56,845 nt of DNA from positions 1-56,845 of the IMG/VR virus record IMGVR_UViG_3300030109_003433. One strand, 5' to 3'. The translations under genes were made by a program, and so were the position numbers. Positions 34,780-43,865 of this stretch are shown in pieces. The DNA comes from a virus. Its lineage: Duplodnaviria > Caudoviricetes. Within the stretch, counting starts at the first letter, position 1, and each line of letters starts with the position of its first letter. The notes under the pieces are model-generated. The model saw nothing but the letters and a program-made list of their open reading frames with translations. It was not told the origin of the DNA and did not search any database.

Positions 34780-35817
34780 TCACGCGGCCTCCTCTATGAT
34801 TTGTGGTTGCATATCAAACAAGAATGTAACTGCTTGTGTTGATTCTCTCGCGGCATCAATCACGCCCCGCTTGTCGTTGCCTAAATGCTGTATCCAGTTA
34901 TTAATATATATTGCGTGGTCTTCTCGTGGCTCCATGCTAACTCCCAGAATGTGCGAGAGTTGCGCGGATCCCATCTCTGCAATTAACTCCTCGTAAGCAT
35001 ACAAAGGATCGCCCCATCTATTAGACTTGAGTCTATCGAGTCTGGATTTATGCCCAGTCCAGTGTGTTAGCTCATGGAGTAAAACGGCGTAGTAAGCTTC
35101 AGGACTATCAAATAGTTCCTTATCAGGCATTCCAATATAATCTTTTTGCGGGTTAAAGAAGGCACCCTTTTGACCGTGTTTGATAATCGCGTTGGTGTTC
35201 TTTATGAATTGCTCTACTCGTTCGATTTTTTCGAAAATTGTTTCTGGTTCTTTTTCTTGTACTGGGTTGAGTTCGGCGTAAGTTTTTGCATTGTCTTTGA
35301 TGACGCTAACAAATGGCTTTTTTAACTTGGTGATTTCTTTTCCGTTCTCTTTAACTGTTACAGTTTCGAATACGGCCTCTTTCACCATCTCGGCATTAAA
35401 TACAGTTAAATTAGTATTGCGGAAATAATCGGGCTTCTCTTTTTGATCTCCGGTTTTTCCGTTCTCGTCGGGATCTTTGTTATAGCATGGGAACGTACAA
35501 AATATTTTAGCGTCATGAGATTTACCTACAACCTGAAAACCCATCTCTGCCCATCCGTTGTAGGTGTTCCAATATGGGCTTTTAAATTCTTGTTCTTGGG
35601 CTACACTGTTTAGAATTAATTGATTTAGAAATGATCCGTACACTCTTCCGGTCTTCGCATTGCGTGGAACGATTGCTGTACCATCGCGCCAACTCTTAGA
35701 CCAATCCGCACCTTGAGACTGCATCATATCTATCACTTTATCTGTCACCCATTGGCAAGCCTTTTCATTTGAACTGTGCTTGCTAGCAGATTTCTTTTTA
35801 TAAGTTTTCTTAGCCAT
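34780..35817 (-). CDS. ardC: ArdC family antirestriction ssDNA-binding protein with zincin-like domain
   Basis: P.N..TGR.Y...N, W.TY..W, VFN; YYAVLLHELTHWTGH.SRL.R, YA.EELIAE. Confidence 0.9.
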   Translation of the reverse strand: MAKKTYKKKSASKHSSNEKACQWVTDKVIDMMQSQGADWSKSWRDGTAIVPRNAKTGRVYGSFLNQLILNSVAQEQEFKSPYWNTYNGWAEMGFQVVGKSHDAKIFCTFPCYNKDPDENGKTGDQKEKPDYFRNTNLTVFNAEMVKEAVFETVTVKENGKEITKLKKPFVSVIKDNAKTYAELNPVQEKEPETIFEKIERVEQFIKNTNAIIKHGQKGAFFNPQKDYIGMPDKELFDSPEAYYAVLLHELTHWTGHKSRLDRLKSNRWGDPLYAYEELIAEMGSAQLSHILGVSMEPREDHAIYINNWIQHLGNDKRGVIDAARESTQAVTFLFDMQPQIIEEAA

Positions 35818-35880
35818 GTTTACTCACTCCGTTGTTAGTTGATGTTACACGTTGTTATGCGTTGAGACAATGAAAACATT

Positions 35881-35908
35881 ATTATAAATACTGTGTCAAT
35901 AGGTGCAA
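35881..35908 (-). promoter_or_regulatory. Putative sigma70 early promoter
   Basis: TTGCAC-N16-TATAAT on minus strand upstream of ardC. Confidence 0.5.
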
Positions 35909-35997
35909 ACAAGAAAAAACAATAAAATGTGTAAAATTACCAAAATAGCGTTATTGGTGTATTGATATATGAGAAAGTGCGCTTTAGGTTTTCTAGT

Positions 35998-36462
35998 ATG
36001 GATAAAAAGAAACTGACACCAAAACAAGCGGCATTTGCTAGGGAAGTGGCGCGAGGTGAATCTTTAAGTAATGCCTATAGAAGTACTCACAATGTAAAAG
36101 AGTCAACAACTGCTAAAAGCATTAATACACTTGCTTCTAGACTGGCGAGCAAAGTTGAGATTAGGTTGAGAGTCGAAGAGCTACAAGCCAAAAGAGAACG
36201 TGCGGTGATCAATTCTGCTGTATCTGATAGAGATCAGGTTTTAAAACATTTGCGCTTATGGATCACTGGTGAGCAGGACGCAACAGCCGCACAATTAAGA
36301 TCAGCCGATTTACTAGGTAGAACTGTCACCGGATTATTTAGCGATAAAGTTGAGATTGTTTCAGAAACAAGAGATTCACAAGAGATTGCCGATGACATAC
36401 GCAAACGTCTGCAAATATTAACTGGCTCAAATGATAGTGACGACAAAAAAGAACTCCACTAA
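35998..36462 (+). CDS. terS: Terminase small subunit
   Basis: LTPKQAAFA...AYR..ASRL N-terminal HTH; LRSADLLGR...LFSDK; upstream of terL. Confidence 0.8.
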   Translation: MDKKKLTPKQAAFAREVARGESLSNAYRSTHNVKESTTAKSINTLASRLASKVEIRLRVEELQAKRERAVINSAVSDRDQVLKHLRLWITGEQDATAAQLRSADLLGRTVTGLFSDKVEIVSETRDSQEIADDIRKRLQILTGSNDSDDKKELH

Positions 36463-36756
36463 TTGACGCAGTAAAAAGATCACGCGAAAAACTTTTTTTT
36501 CTGCATATGCCAGGATCAATTACCAGGATACCCGTACCCCCCTAGACAAGCAGACGTACCTCGAAATATATATATAGTAATTCACTCAAACAATTTGCAA
36601 AATCTCATATTTTCTGATGACACTCATTTGCACTGATTACCCTTTTTTTACAAGAAAACGCCCAGGAGTCCCAGCCCCAAAAAAATTTTCTGCAAAAAAT
36701 TAAAGATAGGTGCCACCCCAGCCAGCGAAAACATAATATTTTTTGTAAAAAAGGTG

Positions 36757-36785
36757 TTGATATTTGTCAATACCCTCTATATGCT
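36757..36785 (+). promoter_or_regulatory. Putative sigma70 promoter for terL/structural operon
   Basis: TTGATA-N17-TATGCT. Confidence 0.55.
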
Positions 36786-36807
36786 AAACTCCTGCGGTAA
36801 GTTCTTA

Positions 36808-36971
36808 CAGGTAATTACCTGATCAGTTAATTACATAAGTCTGGAATTTACTGACTGTGTAATTACTTAAATTTTTTTTTGATAAAAAATTTTAAATTTC
36901 CTGGGTTTCTATTATTTGCAATAACAGTGTTAGGATCAAATCAGTTAATTACCTGATCTGATCTGATCAGG
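36808..36971. repeat. Cluster of TAATTAC/CTGATCAG palindromic repeats
   Basis: CAGGTAATTACCTG 36808-36821; ATCAGTTAATTAC 36822-36834 and 36940-36952; GTAATTAC 36859-36866; tandem CTGAT near 36953-36970. Confidence 0.8.
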
Positions 36972-36980
36972 AATAGAACT

Positions 36981-38483
36981 ATGTCTATAGTACCTGAAGA
37001 AGTTTCAGAGAATATTGATCTTTTGCCAGCAGAAGAGCAACGCCAGGTTTTAAAATTACTTGAAGCATATGAAGGTGCTTTAAAAAGGGAAGAGGCTCAA
37101 TCTTCTTATCTTGGCTTTGTCAAACACATGTGGCCTGCATTCATTCAGGGACGGCACCACAAAGTCATGGCTGAGGCTTTTGAAAGAATTTCCAGGGGTG
37201 AATTGAAGCGGCTTATTATTAATATGCCTCCCAGACACACCAAGTCTGAGTTTGCTTCTTATTTGTTACCTGCATGGTTTCTGGGTCAGTACCCAGATAA
37301 AAAGATTATACAGACGGCACACACCGCTGAGTTGTCAGTTGGGTTCGGCAGGAAAGTTCGGAACCTGGTTGATAGTGAAGATTTCAAAAATGTTTTCCCA
37401 AAGCTGGCTCTGAGGGCTGATTCCAAAGCCGCTGGCAGATGGAGTACCAACGCAGGAGGAGAATACTTCGCTATTGGCGTTGGGGGTGCAGTGACGGGTA
37501 AAGGCGCGGATCTCCTGATAATTGACGATCCCCATAGTGAGCAGGAAGGACAAAGCGCAGATCCGTCAGTGTTCGATAGAACCTATGACTGGTACACATC
37601 CGGCCCTCGCCAGCGACTCCAGCCAGGAGGAGCCATCGTTATTGTGATGACCCGCTGGCACATGAGAGATTTAACAGGAAAAATTATAAAGGCTTCCGCT
37701 CAGAGACAAGGTTCTGATGAGTGGGAAGTGATAGAGTTTCCGGCAATCATGCCATCAGGTAACGCCCTGTGGCCTGAGTTCTGGAGTATCGAGGAGTTGA
37801 ACTCCTTGCAAAGTGAACTACCCGCTCCTAAATGGAACGCACAGTACCAGCAAAACCCAACCGCCGAAGAAGGCGCACTAGTAAAACGCGAATGGTGGAA
37901 GCGATGGGAACAAGATCGTCCTCCCCAATGCGAGTTTGTAATACAATCATGGGACACGGCATTCCTCAAAACCCAACGGGCAGATTACTCTGCTTGCACA
38001 ACATGGGGTGTATTTTACACTCCGAATGACGAGGGTGTGACGGTACCCAACATTATCCTTCTCGATGCCTATAAAGCCAGGATGGAGTTCCCTGAACTCA
38101 AGAAGACGGCTTTTGAGATGTGGCAGGAGATGCAACCAGATGCTTTCATTGTTGAAGGCAAGGCGGCAGGTATGCCGTTGATATTTGAGTTACGGGCAAT
38201 GGGGATTCCGGTATCGGAATATACCCCGTCCCGTGGCAACGATAAAATAGCAAGGGTTAATGCCGTTGCTGATTTATTCGCATCCGGTACCGTATGGTGT
38301 CCAGAAACTCGATTTGCTGAGGAGGTGATAGAAGAGTTTGCTTCTTTCCCAGCAGGTGAGCATGATGACCTGGTAGACTCATCTACCCAGGCTCTTCTAA
38401 GGTTTAGACAGGGAGGATTCCTGAAACTACATACTGATGAAGAGGACGAGCCTATCTATAGAAAGTCGGTGAGCTATTATTGA
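36981..38483 (+). CDS. terL: Terminase large subunit
   Basis: PPRHTKS Walker A, LLIIDD Walker B, SWDTA, HDDLVD nuclease motifs. Confidence 0.96.
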   Translation: MSIVPEEVSENIDLLPAEEQRQVLKLLEAYEGALKREEAQSSYLGFVKHMWPAFIQGRHHKVMAEAFERISRGELKRLIINMPPRHTKSEFASYLLPAWFLGQYPDKKIIQTAHTAELSVGFGRKVRNLVDSEDFKNVFPKLALRADSKAAGRWSTNAGGEYFAIGVGGAVTGKGADLLIIDDPHSEQEGQSADPSVFDRTYDWYTSGPRQRLQPGGAIVIVMTRWHMRDLTGKIIKASAQRQGSDEWEVIEFPAIMPSGNALWPEFWSIEELNSLQSELPAPKWNAQYQQNPTAEEGALVKREWWKRWEQDRPPQCEFVIQSWDTAFLKTQRADYSACTTWGVFYTPNDEGVTVPNIILLDAYKARMEFPELKKTAFEMWQEMQPDAFIVEGKAAGMPLIFELRAMGIPVSEYTPSRGNDKIARVNAVADLFASGTVWCPETRFAEEVIEEFASFPAGEHDDLVDSSTQALLRFRQGGFLKLHTDEEDEPIYRKSVSYY

Positions 38484-39211
38484 TGGACTATTCTTTAGTT
38501 AATACATGGTTTATTGAAAATGCTTTACGCCCTGTATTTAGAAGGAAGTGTCTTTTAGGAAAGAAAACATTTTATCCAAAGAAATGGTTTAGACCAACCA
38601 AAGAGCTTGAGGATTCCTATAATGAAATCCTTGAAGAGCTGAACAAGATGATGAAGCGGGTTGATGATTTCCCTGTTTTTCAACATATCAGCCCTGACCA
38701 GCTTTATATATCAGATGATGATAAATGGAAAATGTTTTTTCTCAAGGCAGGCAATATAAAGTTTAAAAAGAATTGTGAACAGTTCCCTGTCACGATGAGC
38801 ATATTAGATAAATACCCTGAAATCGTTTCGGCGTATTTCTCAGTGCTAGGGGCAAACAAAGCATTGATGCCGCACTGTGGGCCTTGGTCTGGTGTTCTCA
38901 GGATGCACATGGGAATGCACATTCCTCAAGAAGGCAAGGGATGTCTTCTGGTATGTAACAAGGAAGAGTATTACTGGAGTGAAGGCAAGGTGGTGGTATT
39001 TGATGATACCTATGAACACTTTGCAGTTAACTATACAGAAAAGAATCGAGTGATATTATTCTTGGACATTATGCGTCCATTGCCTTGGTTCTGGGACAGA
39101 TTGAACAGATTTATTGTTTGGTGTGCTAGGTTTCTTCCTTACTTTAGGATTCCTCTGAAACGCCACAAGGAGTGGGAAAAGGTGTTCTACGATGGCGGTG
39201 ATGGACGTTAA
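38483..39211 (+). CDS. Aspartyl/asparaginyl beta-hydroxylase family 2OG-Fe(II) oxygenase
   Basis: SAYFSVL, PHCGP..GVLRMH.G, W.EGK..VFDDTYEH, RVILFLD. Confidence 0.88.
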   Translation: MDYSLVNTWFIENALRPVFRRKCLLGKKTFYPKKWFRPTKELEDSYNEILEELNKMMKRVDDFPVFQHISPDQLYISDDDKWKMFFLKAGNIKFKKNCEQFPVTMSILDKYPEIVSAYFSVLGANKALMPHCGPWSGVLRMHMGMHIPQEGKGCLLVCNKEEYYWSEGKVVVFDDTYEHFAVNYTEKNRVILFLDIMRPLPWFWDRLNRFIVWCARFLPYFRIPLKRHKEWEKVFYDGGDGR

Positions 39212-39383
39212 AGACGTAGCGGCAGAACTGAGCGCACACGAAAGAGAATGTGCTTTACGGTATGAGCATATTCAGGAAAGGCTTGAGGCTGGTGAAAAAA
39301 GATTCGCCAGGCTGGAAGCCATGATATGGGGTCTATACGTTATATTAATTGGTTCCTCCATAATACCGCAACTTATTAACTAA
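39192..39383 (+). CDS. Small coiled-coil protein with C-terminal TM
   Basis: HERECALRY..I..RL pattern plus hydrophobic tail. Confidence 0.7.
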   Translation: MAVMDVKDVAAELSAHERECALRYEHIQERLEAGEKRFARLEAMIWGLYVILIGSSIIPQLIN

Positions 39384-39392
39384 GGAGGCTTC

Positions 39393-40085
39393 ATGCCTTT
39401 TTTGCAGAGCAACATCCCGCACTTCAAGTGCTGGGTGCGTAGGGAATATACCCACAATCATAACAAGTATCATGGAGAGTTTATCCATGCAATGGCAATA
39501 GCCGTTACTACAATACCCTGTCGATGTCTGAGCTTTCAGGTAATCTTTACTGGAGCAGAGACTTACGACAACGATGAACCCAATGTTCATGGCGGGGCTA
39601 TGTGGGCAAGAATGCCAATTACAGCACTGGTAGGTGATACCCCTTTTGAGGAGTGGCCCGAACCAATGCCTGTATGGGCGGCACAACCCTGGGACTGTTC
39701 ATCTAGGACACATGCAGTATATGTTCTCGATAGATGCACACCATGTCCCTGGTTGGCAAAGATTGATGGCGAGTTTTATCCCGCCAAGTATTATTTTACC
39801 GTGGATTACACCGATTCCGAGATTGGTGATGATCCTGCACAACACAAACAATCCCATGTTCTGGAACTGCTTGATGCAGGCGAATGGACAGGGAACATTA
39901 TTGCGTTACCGAATAATCGTGTCAGGGTGACTCATCCAGCTTGGTTTGAGTCTGGAGATGGCGCACCTGACTTTAGACCGTCCCAGCATGTCCATTATAG
40001 TAAGTCTGATCTGGATTACACGCTGGATGTGAACAGAGTATTTGATAATTTATATTCAGGGGTTAAAGATGAAAAAGAAATCTAA
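39393..40085 (+). CDS. Conserved-looking phage hypothetical protein
   Basis: AAGGAGG SD; GAMWARMPI, QPWDC, YYFTVDY, QHKQSH, ALPNNR. Confidence 0.8.
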   Translation: MPFLQSNIPHFKCWVRREYTHNHNKYHGEFIHAMAIAVTTIPCRCLSFQVIFTGAETYDNDEPNVHGGAMWARMPITALVGDTPFEEWPEPMPVWAAQPWDCSSRTHAVYVLDRCTPCPWLAKIDGEFYPAKYYFTVDYTDSEIGDDPAQHKQSHVLELLDAGEWTGNIIALPNNRVRVTHPAWFESGDGAPDFRPSQHVHYSKSDLDYTLDVNRVFDNLYSGVKDEKEI

Positions 40086-40416
40086 AGGCTATGCCAGAGG
40101 CGGAAAGACAATGAAGCCAAAAGGTATGAATGCTGGCGGTAAAATGCCTATGGTTGAGAAAGACGGCAAGATGGTTCCAGCGTTTGCCGCTGATGGCAAA
40201 GGCAAGATGATGGGTGGCGGAATGGTGATGATGTCTCCAGAAGAGAAACGCATGATGCGTATGGGGGGAATGCCAAGGATGTCCACCAAAATGATGGCAG
40301 GCGGTGGCTTAACAGGTGCCTTAAAAGCTGATATGAAGAAGGCGAATAAGGGCGGCATGATGAAGTCTAAGATGGGTACAAAGGGCGGAGTCAAAGGCGG
40401 AAGAGGAAAAGGTTGA
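40069..40416 (+). CDS. Met/Gly/Lys-rich basic protein
   Basis: Repeated xxGG units; start moved to ATG 40069. Confidence 0.75.
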   Translation: MKKKSKGYARGGKTMKPKGMNAGGKMPMVEKDGKMVPAFAADGKGKMMGGGMVMMSPEEKRMMRMGGMPRMSTKMMAGGGLTGALKADMKKANKGGMMKSKMGTKGGVKGGRGKG

Positions 40417-40419
40417 GAT

Positions 40420-40584
40420 ATGAAAAAAGTTAAACAAGAGAAGGTATCGGCAGGCACTCCCTACACTCCAGAGAAAAGTGAAACGTTAGGAAACTTTGTA
40501 TCCTCTGGTGCGCCAATTATTAAACCTACAGTTGCAAGAGGTTCAGGTGCCGCAAGACCCCAAATGTTTAGAAAAAACGGCTAA
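40420..40584 (+). CDS. Small protein (54 aa, not in ORF track)
   Basis: MKKVKQEK...VARGSGAARPQMFRKNG by hand translation. Confidence 0.6.
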   Translation: MKKVKQEKVSAGTPYTPEKSETLGNFVSSGAPIIKPTVARGSGAARPQMFRKNG

Positions 40585-40770
40585 GGCAAAAAACATTAAA
40601 GCTCTTATAAAGCGTGGTGCGGCTGTGTTAAAAAAAGCCATGACAATCAGAGACAACGCTGTGGTTTATATTTCTCCAGAAGATGGAAAAAAGAAAATGC
40701 GTAAACGCAAAATTTCTTTAGAAGCCGCATTTCAGAAAGAAAAAAAATCCACAGGTAAAAGGAAAAGATA

Positions 40771-43233
40771 ATGGCGATAGATAAAGCACAAAATCCTTTT
40801 CTGCCTGAGCTTGTGGGACAAGCCGAAGAAGAAAGCATAGATATAGAGATTGTTAATCCTGAAGCTGTATCTATTGAAACAGAAGACGGCGGTGTATTAA
40901 TAGACTTTGATCCAGATAATCCCTTGACTGGAGGAATGAGTCACGAATCTAACTTAGCCTTGTTCATGGAAGAGCGTGACCTGTATGAGCTATCATCAGA
41001 TTTGTTAGGTGCTTACGCGGCAGACAAGGATAGCAGGGCAGATTGGGAAGACTCTTACATGAAGGGTCTTGATCTTTTAGGACTAAAGTTTGAGGATAGG
41101 TCTGTACCTTGGGATGGTGCTTGTGGTGTTTTTCACCCGATGTTATCAGAGGCCGTTGTCAGATTTCAGGCACAAACCATACAGGAAATATATCCAGCTT
41201 CCGGCCCCGTAAAGACTCGTATAGTTGGAAAGTTGTCTGATGAAAAGACAAGCCAGGCACATCGAGTACAGAATTACCTAAACTATCTCATTACAGAAAG
41301 AATGACGGAGTATAGAACAGAGACAGAAAAACTTTTGTTCTCTTTGCCAATAGCAGGCTCCGCCTTTAGAAAAGTTTACTACGATCCAAATATGGCAAGA
41401 CCATGTGCTATGTTTGTTCCAGCAGAAGATTTTGTGGTTAGCTACGGCGCATCTGATCTAACAACATGCGAAAGAGCAACGCATGTTATGAAAAAAACTT
41501 CCAATGAAATCAGGAAGTTACAGGTATCTGGTTTTTATTTGGATGTTGACCTAACTGCTCCAACGCCAGATATAAGCAACATACAGGAAAAGTATAACAG
41601 GCTAACGGGTGACTCAGATAACTACGAGTATGATAATCGTCATACGTTACTTGAGATGCACGTTGATGTTGATCTTAAAGGATTTGAAGATACAGAAAGA
41701 GGAGAGCCTACAGGGATAGGACTTCCTTATGTTATCACTATAGATAAGTCATCGAGTCAGGTATTAGCAATTAGACGCAACTGGCACGAAGATGATCCGA
41801 AGCGATTGCCTAGACAGCATTTTGTTCATTACCAATATTTGCCTGGATTTGGATTTTATGGTTTTGGATTAGTCCACATGATTGGTGGATTATCTAAGTC
41901 TGCTACATCGTTATTAAGACAACTGGTTGATGCAGGCACGTTAGCTAATTTACCAGGTGGACTCAAGGCAAGAGGTCTTAGGATCAAGGGAGATGATACT
42001 CCTATAATGCCAGGCGAGTTCAGGGATGTGGATGTGCCTGGTGGAACAATCAGGGATAACATTACGTTTCTTCCCTACAAAGAACCAAGCAATGTGCTTT
42101 ATTCTTTATTAGCAGACATAGTGACAGAGGGAAGAAGATTTGCTTCAGCCGCAGATGTGAAAGCCTCAGACATCAATGGCGAGGCACCTGTTGGCACTAC
42201 GCTGGCAATACTGGAAAGAGAAATGAAGGTGATGAGCGCAGTGCAAGCGCGGGTTCATGCTTCAGTAGGCAAAGAGTTAAAAATACTTTCTAACATAGTA
42301 AGAGATAACGGGCCAGAGTCTTATCCTTATGAGCTTTCTGATGACCCTCTGGTGTCTGAAGATTTCGATGATAGAGTAGATATTATTCCGGTTTCTGATC
42401 CTAATGCAGGCACGATGGCACAAAGAATAATGCAGTACCAGGCGGCATTGCAGTTAGCGACCACGGCACCTCAGATGTATGATATGCCGTTGCTTCATAG
42501 GCAGATGCTTGAGGTGCTTGGCATTCAGGATGCAGACAAGATTGTTCCTTTAGAGGACGACATGAAGCCTGTTGATCCTATTTCTGAAAATATGAACATT
42601 ATTATGGGTGAGCCTGTGAAGGCATTTATTTATCAGGATCATGAGGCACATATCCAGATACACATGTCGGCAACAGAAAATCCACAAATACTTGAATTGA
42701 TGCAAAAGGCTCCAAACGCCAAAGCGGTAGAAGCGGAGTTGTCAGCTCACATCCAAGAACATTTGGCATTTGCCTATAGGCAGAAGATAGAGGAGGAGCT
42801 TGGTGTAGCGTTGCCTCCGCCAAATGAAGCATTGCCAGAAGACATTGAATTACGCATATCAAGATTGGTTGCTCCAGCCGCCGCACAGGTTACAGGAAAA
42901 GCGCAACAAATGGTTCAGGCAGAAGAGAATGCGAAGCGTATGCAAGATCCTGTGGTGCAGATGCAACAGCGTGAGCTTGCTATAGAAGAAGGCAAGGCAA
43001 TGGCTAAAGCTCAGGCAGACATGGCTAGAATACAGCTTGACCTTCAAAAAGCTCAAGAGAAAGCAACGCTTGATAGAGAAAAGATAGACAGTCAAGAAAG
43101 AATAGAATCTGCCAAGATCGGGGCTAAGGTTGCCTCAGATGCGATTCGGCAAGAAGAGATTGATTCCAGGGAAGCCATAGAGGGGGCTAAGATGGGAATG
43201 GATTTAGTAAAAGATTTGATAGAAGATGAGTGA
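40771..43233 (+). CDS. Portal protein
   Basis: 820 aa between terL and scaffold; SRADWE, GSAFRKVY, GFYGFGL, coiled C-terminal barrel. Confidence 0.88.
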   Translation: MAIDKAQNPFLPELVGQAEEESIDIEIVNPEAVSIETEDGGVLIDFDPDNPLTGGMSHESNLALFMEERDLYELSSDLLGAYAADKDSRADWEDSYMKGLDLLGLKFEDRSVPWDGACGVFHPMLSEAVVRFQAQTIQEIYPASGPVKTRIVGKLSDEKTSQAHRVQNYLNYLITERMTEYRTETEKLLFSLPIAGSAFRKVYYDPNMARPCAMFVPAEDFVVSYGASDLTTCERATHVMKKTSNEIRKLQVSGFYLDVDLTAPTPDISNIQEKYNRLTGDSDNYEYDNRHTLLEMHVDVDLKGFEDTERGEPTGIGLPYVITIDKSSSQVLAIRRNWHEDDPKRLPRQHFVHYQYLPGFGFYGFGLVHMIGGLSKSATSLLRQLVDAGTLANLPGGLKARGLRIKGDDTPIMPGEFRDVDVPGGTIRDNITFLPYKEPSNVLYSLLADIVTEGRRFASAADVKASDINGEAPVGTTLAILEREMKVMSAVQARVHASVGKELKILSNIVRDNGPESYPYELSDDPLVSEDFDDRVDIIPVSDPNAGTMAQRIMQYQAALQLATTAPQMYDMPLLHRQMLEVLGIQDADKIVPLEDDMKPVDPISENMNIIMGEPVKAFIYQDHEAHIQIHMSATENPQILELMQKAPNAKAVEAELSAHIQEHLAFAYRQKIEEELGVALPPPNEALPEDIELRISRLVAPAAAQVTGKAQQMVQAEENAKRMQDPVVQMQQRELAIEEGKAMAKAQADMARIQLDLQKAQEKATLDREKIDSQERIESAKIGAKVASDAIRQEEIDSREAIEGAKMGMDLVKDLIEDE

Positions 43234-43426
43234 TCGTCTTTCTGTAAATGCACTAGAGACTCTAAGAGAAGAAATCCGCAAGCAAATGAATGATATGTCG
43301 GATCATATTTCTGGTGGGGGCTGTAGTGATTTCGGTGAATATCAACATTGCACAGGCATTATTAAAGGCTTGGCAGTGGCAGAACGAGAGCTTCTTGATT
43401 TAAATGCAAGAATCGAAGAAGTATAG
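43226..43426 (+). CDS. Small conserved protein after portal
   Basis: EY....G.I.GL pattern; coupled. Confidence 0.75.
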   Translation: MSDRLSVNALETLREEIRKQMNDMSDHISGGGCSDFGEYQHCTGIIKGLAVAERELLDLNARIEEV

Positions 43427-43490
43427 TTTCTCCGCATAGGGCGGTGCAAGGTGGCTCTGGACACCATTTTCCAGTGCAAGAGTAGGTAAC

Positions 43491-43865
43491 ATGGAAGCAG
43501 TAAAAGATATTGATGAGATGGAGCCTGAAAAGGCTCACCAACTACCAAAACCTCAAGGTTATAAGATTCTTATAGCTTTACCTGAACCAGATGAAAAAAC
43601 GGAAGGCGGAATAATAAAGGCAAAACAAACGATATACTTGGAGGAGATCGGGTCTATTGTTGGCTTTGTCATGGCTTTAGGGCCGGACGCTTATGCAGAT
43701 AAAAAACGATTCCCAAGTGGGGCGTACTGTAAAGAAGGCGATTTTATTATCATGCGTTCTTATTCTGGAACGAGAATTAAAATTCATGGTAAAGAGTTTA
43801 GGTTAATCAATGATGACAGCGTTGAGGCTGTGGTCGATGATCCTAGAGGAGTATATAAAGCATGA
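43491..43865 (+). CDS. groES: Co-chaperonin GroES-like protein
   Basis: P.GYKILI...EKTEGGII, V.ALGP, K.GD, RLINDD.V.AVV. Confidence 0.85.
   Translation: MEAVKDIDEMEPEKAHQLPKPQGYKILIALPEPDEKTEGGIIKAKQTIYLEEIGSIVGFVMALGPDAYADKKRFPSGAYCKEGDFIIMRSYSGTRIKIHGKEFRLINDDSVEAVVDDPRGVYKA

Noticed and set aside
36614-36680. CTGATGA followed later by GAAA as a third hammerhead
   Set aside because: No stem II or stem III pairing around the motifs
40572-40584. A-AAA-AAC slippery site fusing the 40420 ORF to the next ORF
   Set aside because: The downstream ORF is in the +1 frame; the -1 frame stops after about a dozen codons
43424-43491. Stop-codon readthrough into groES driven by the pseudoknot
   Set aside because: The readthrough frame ends at TAA 43487-43489 and groES is out of frame
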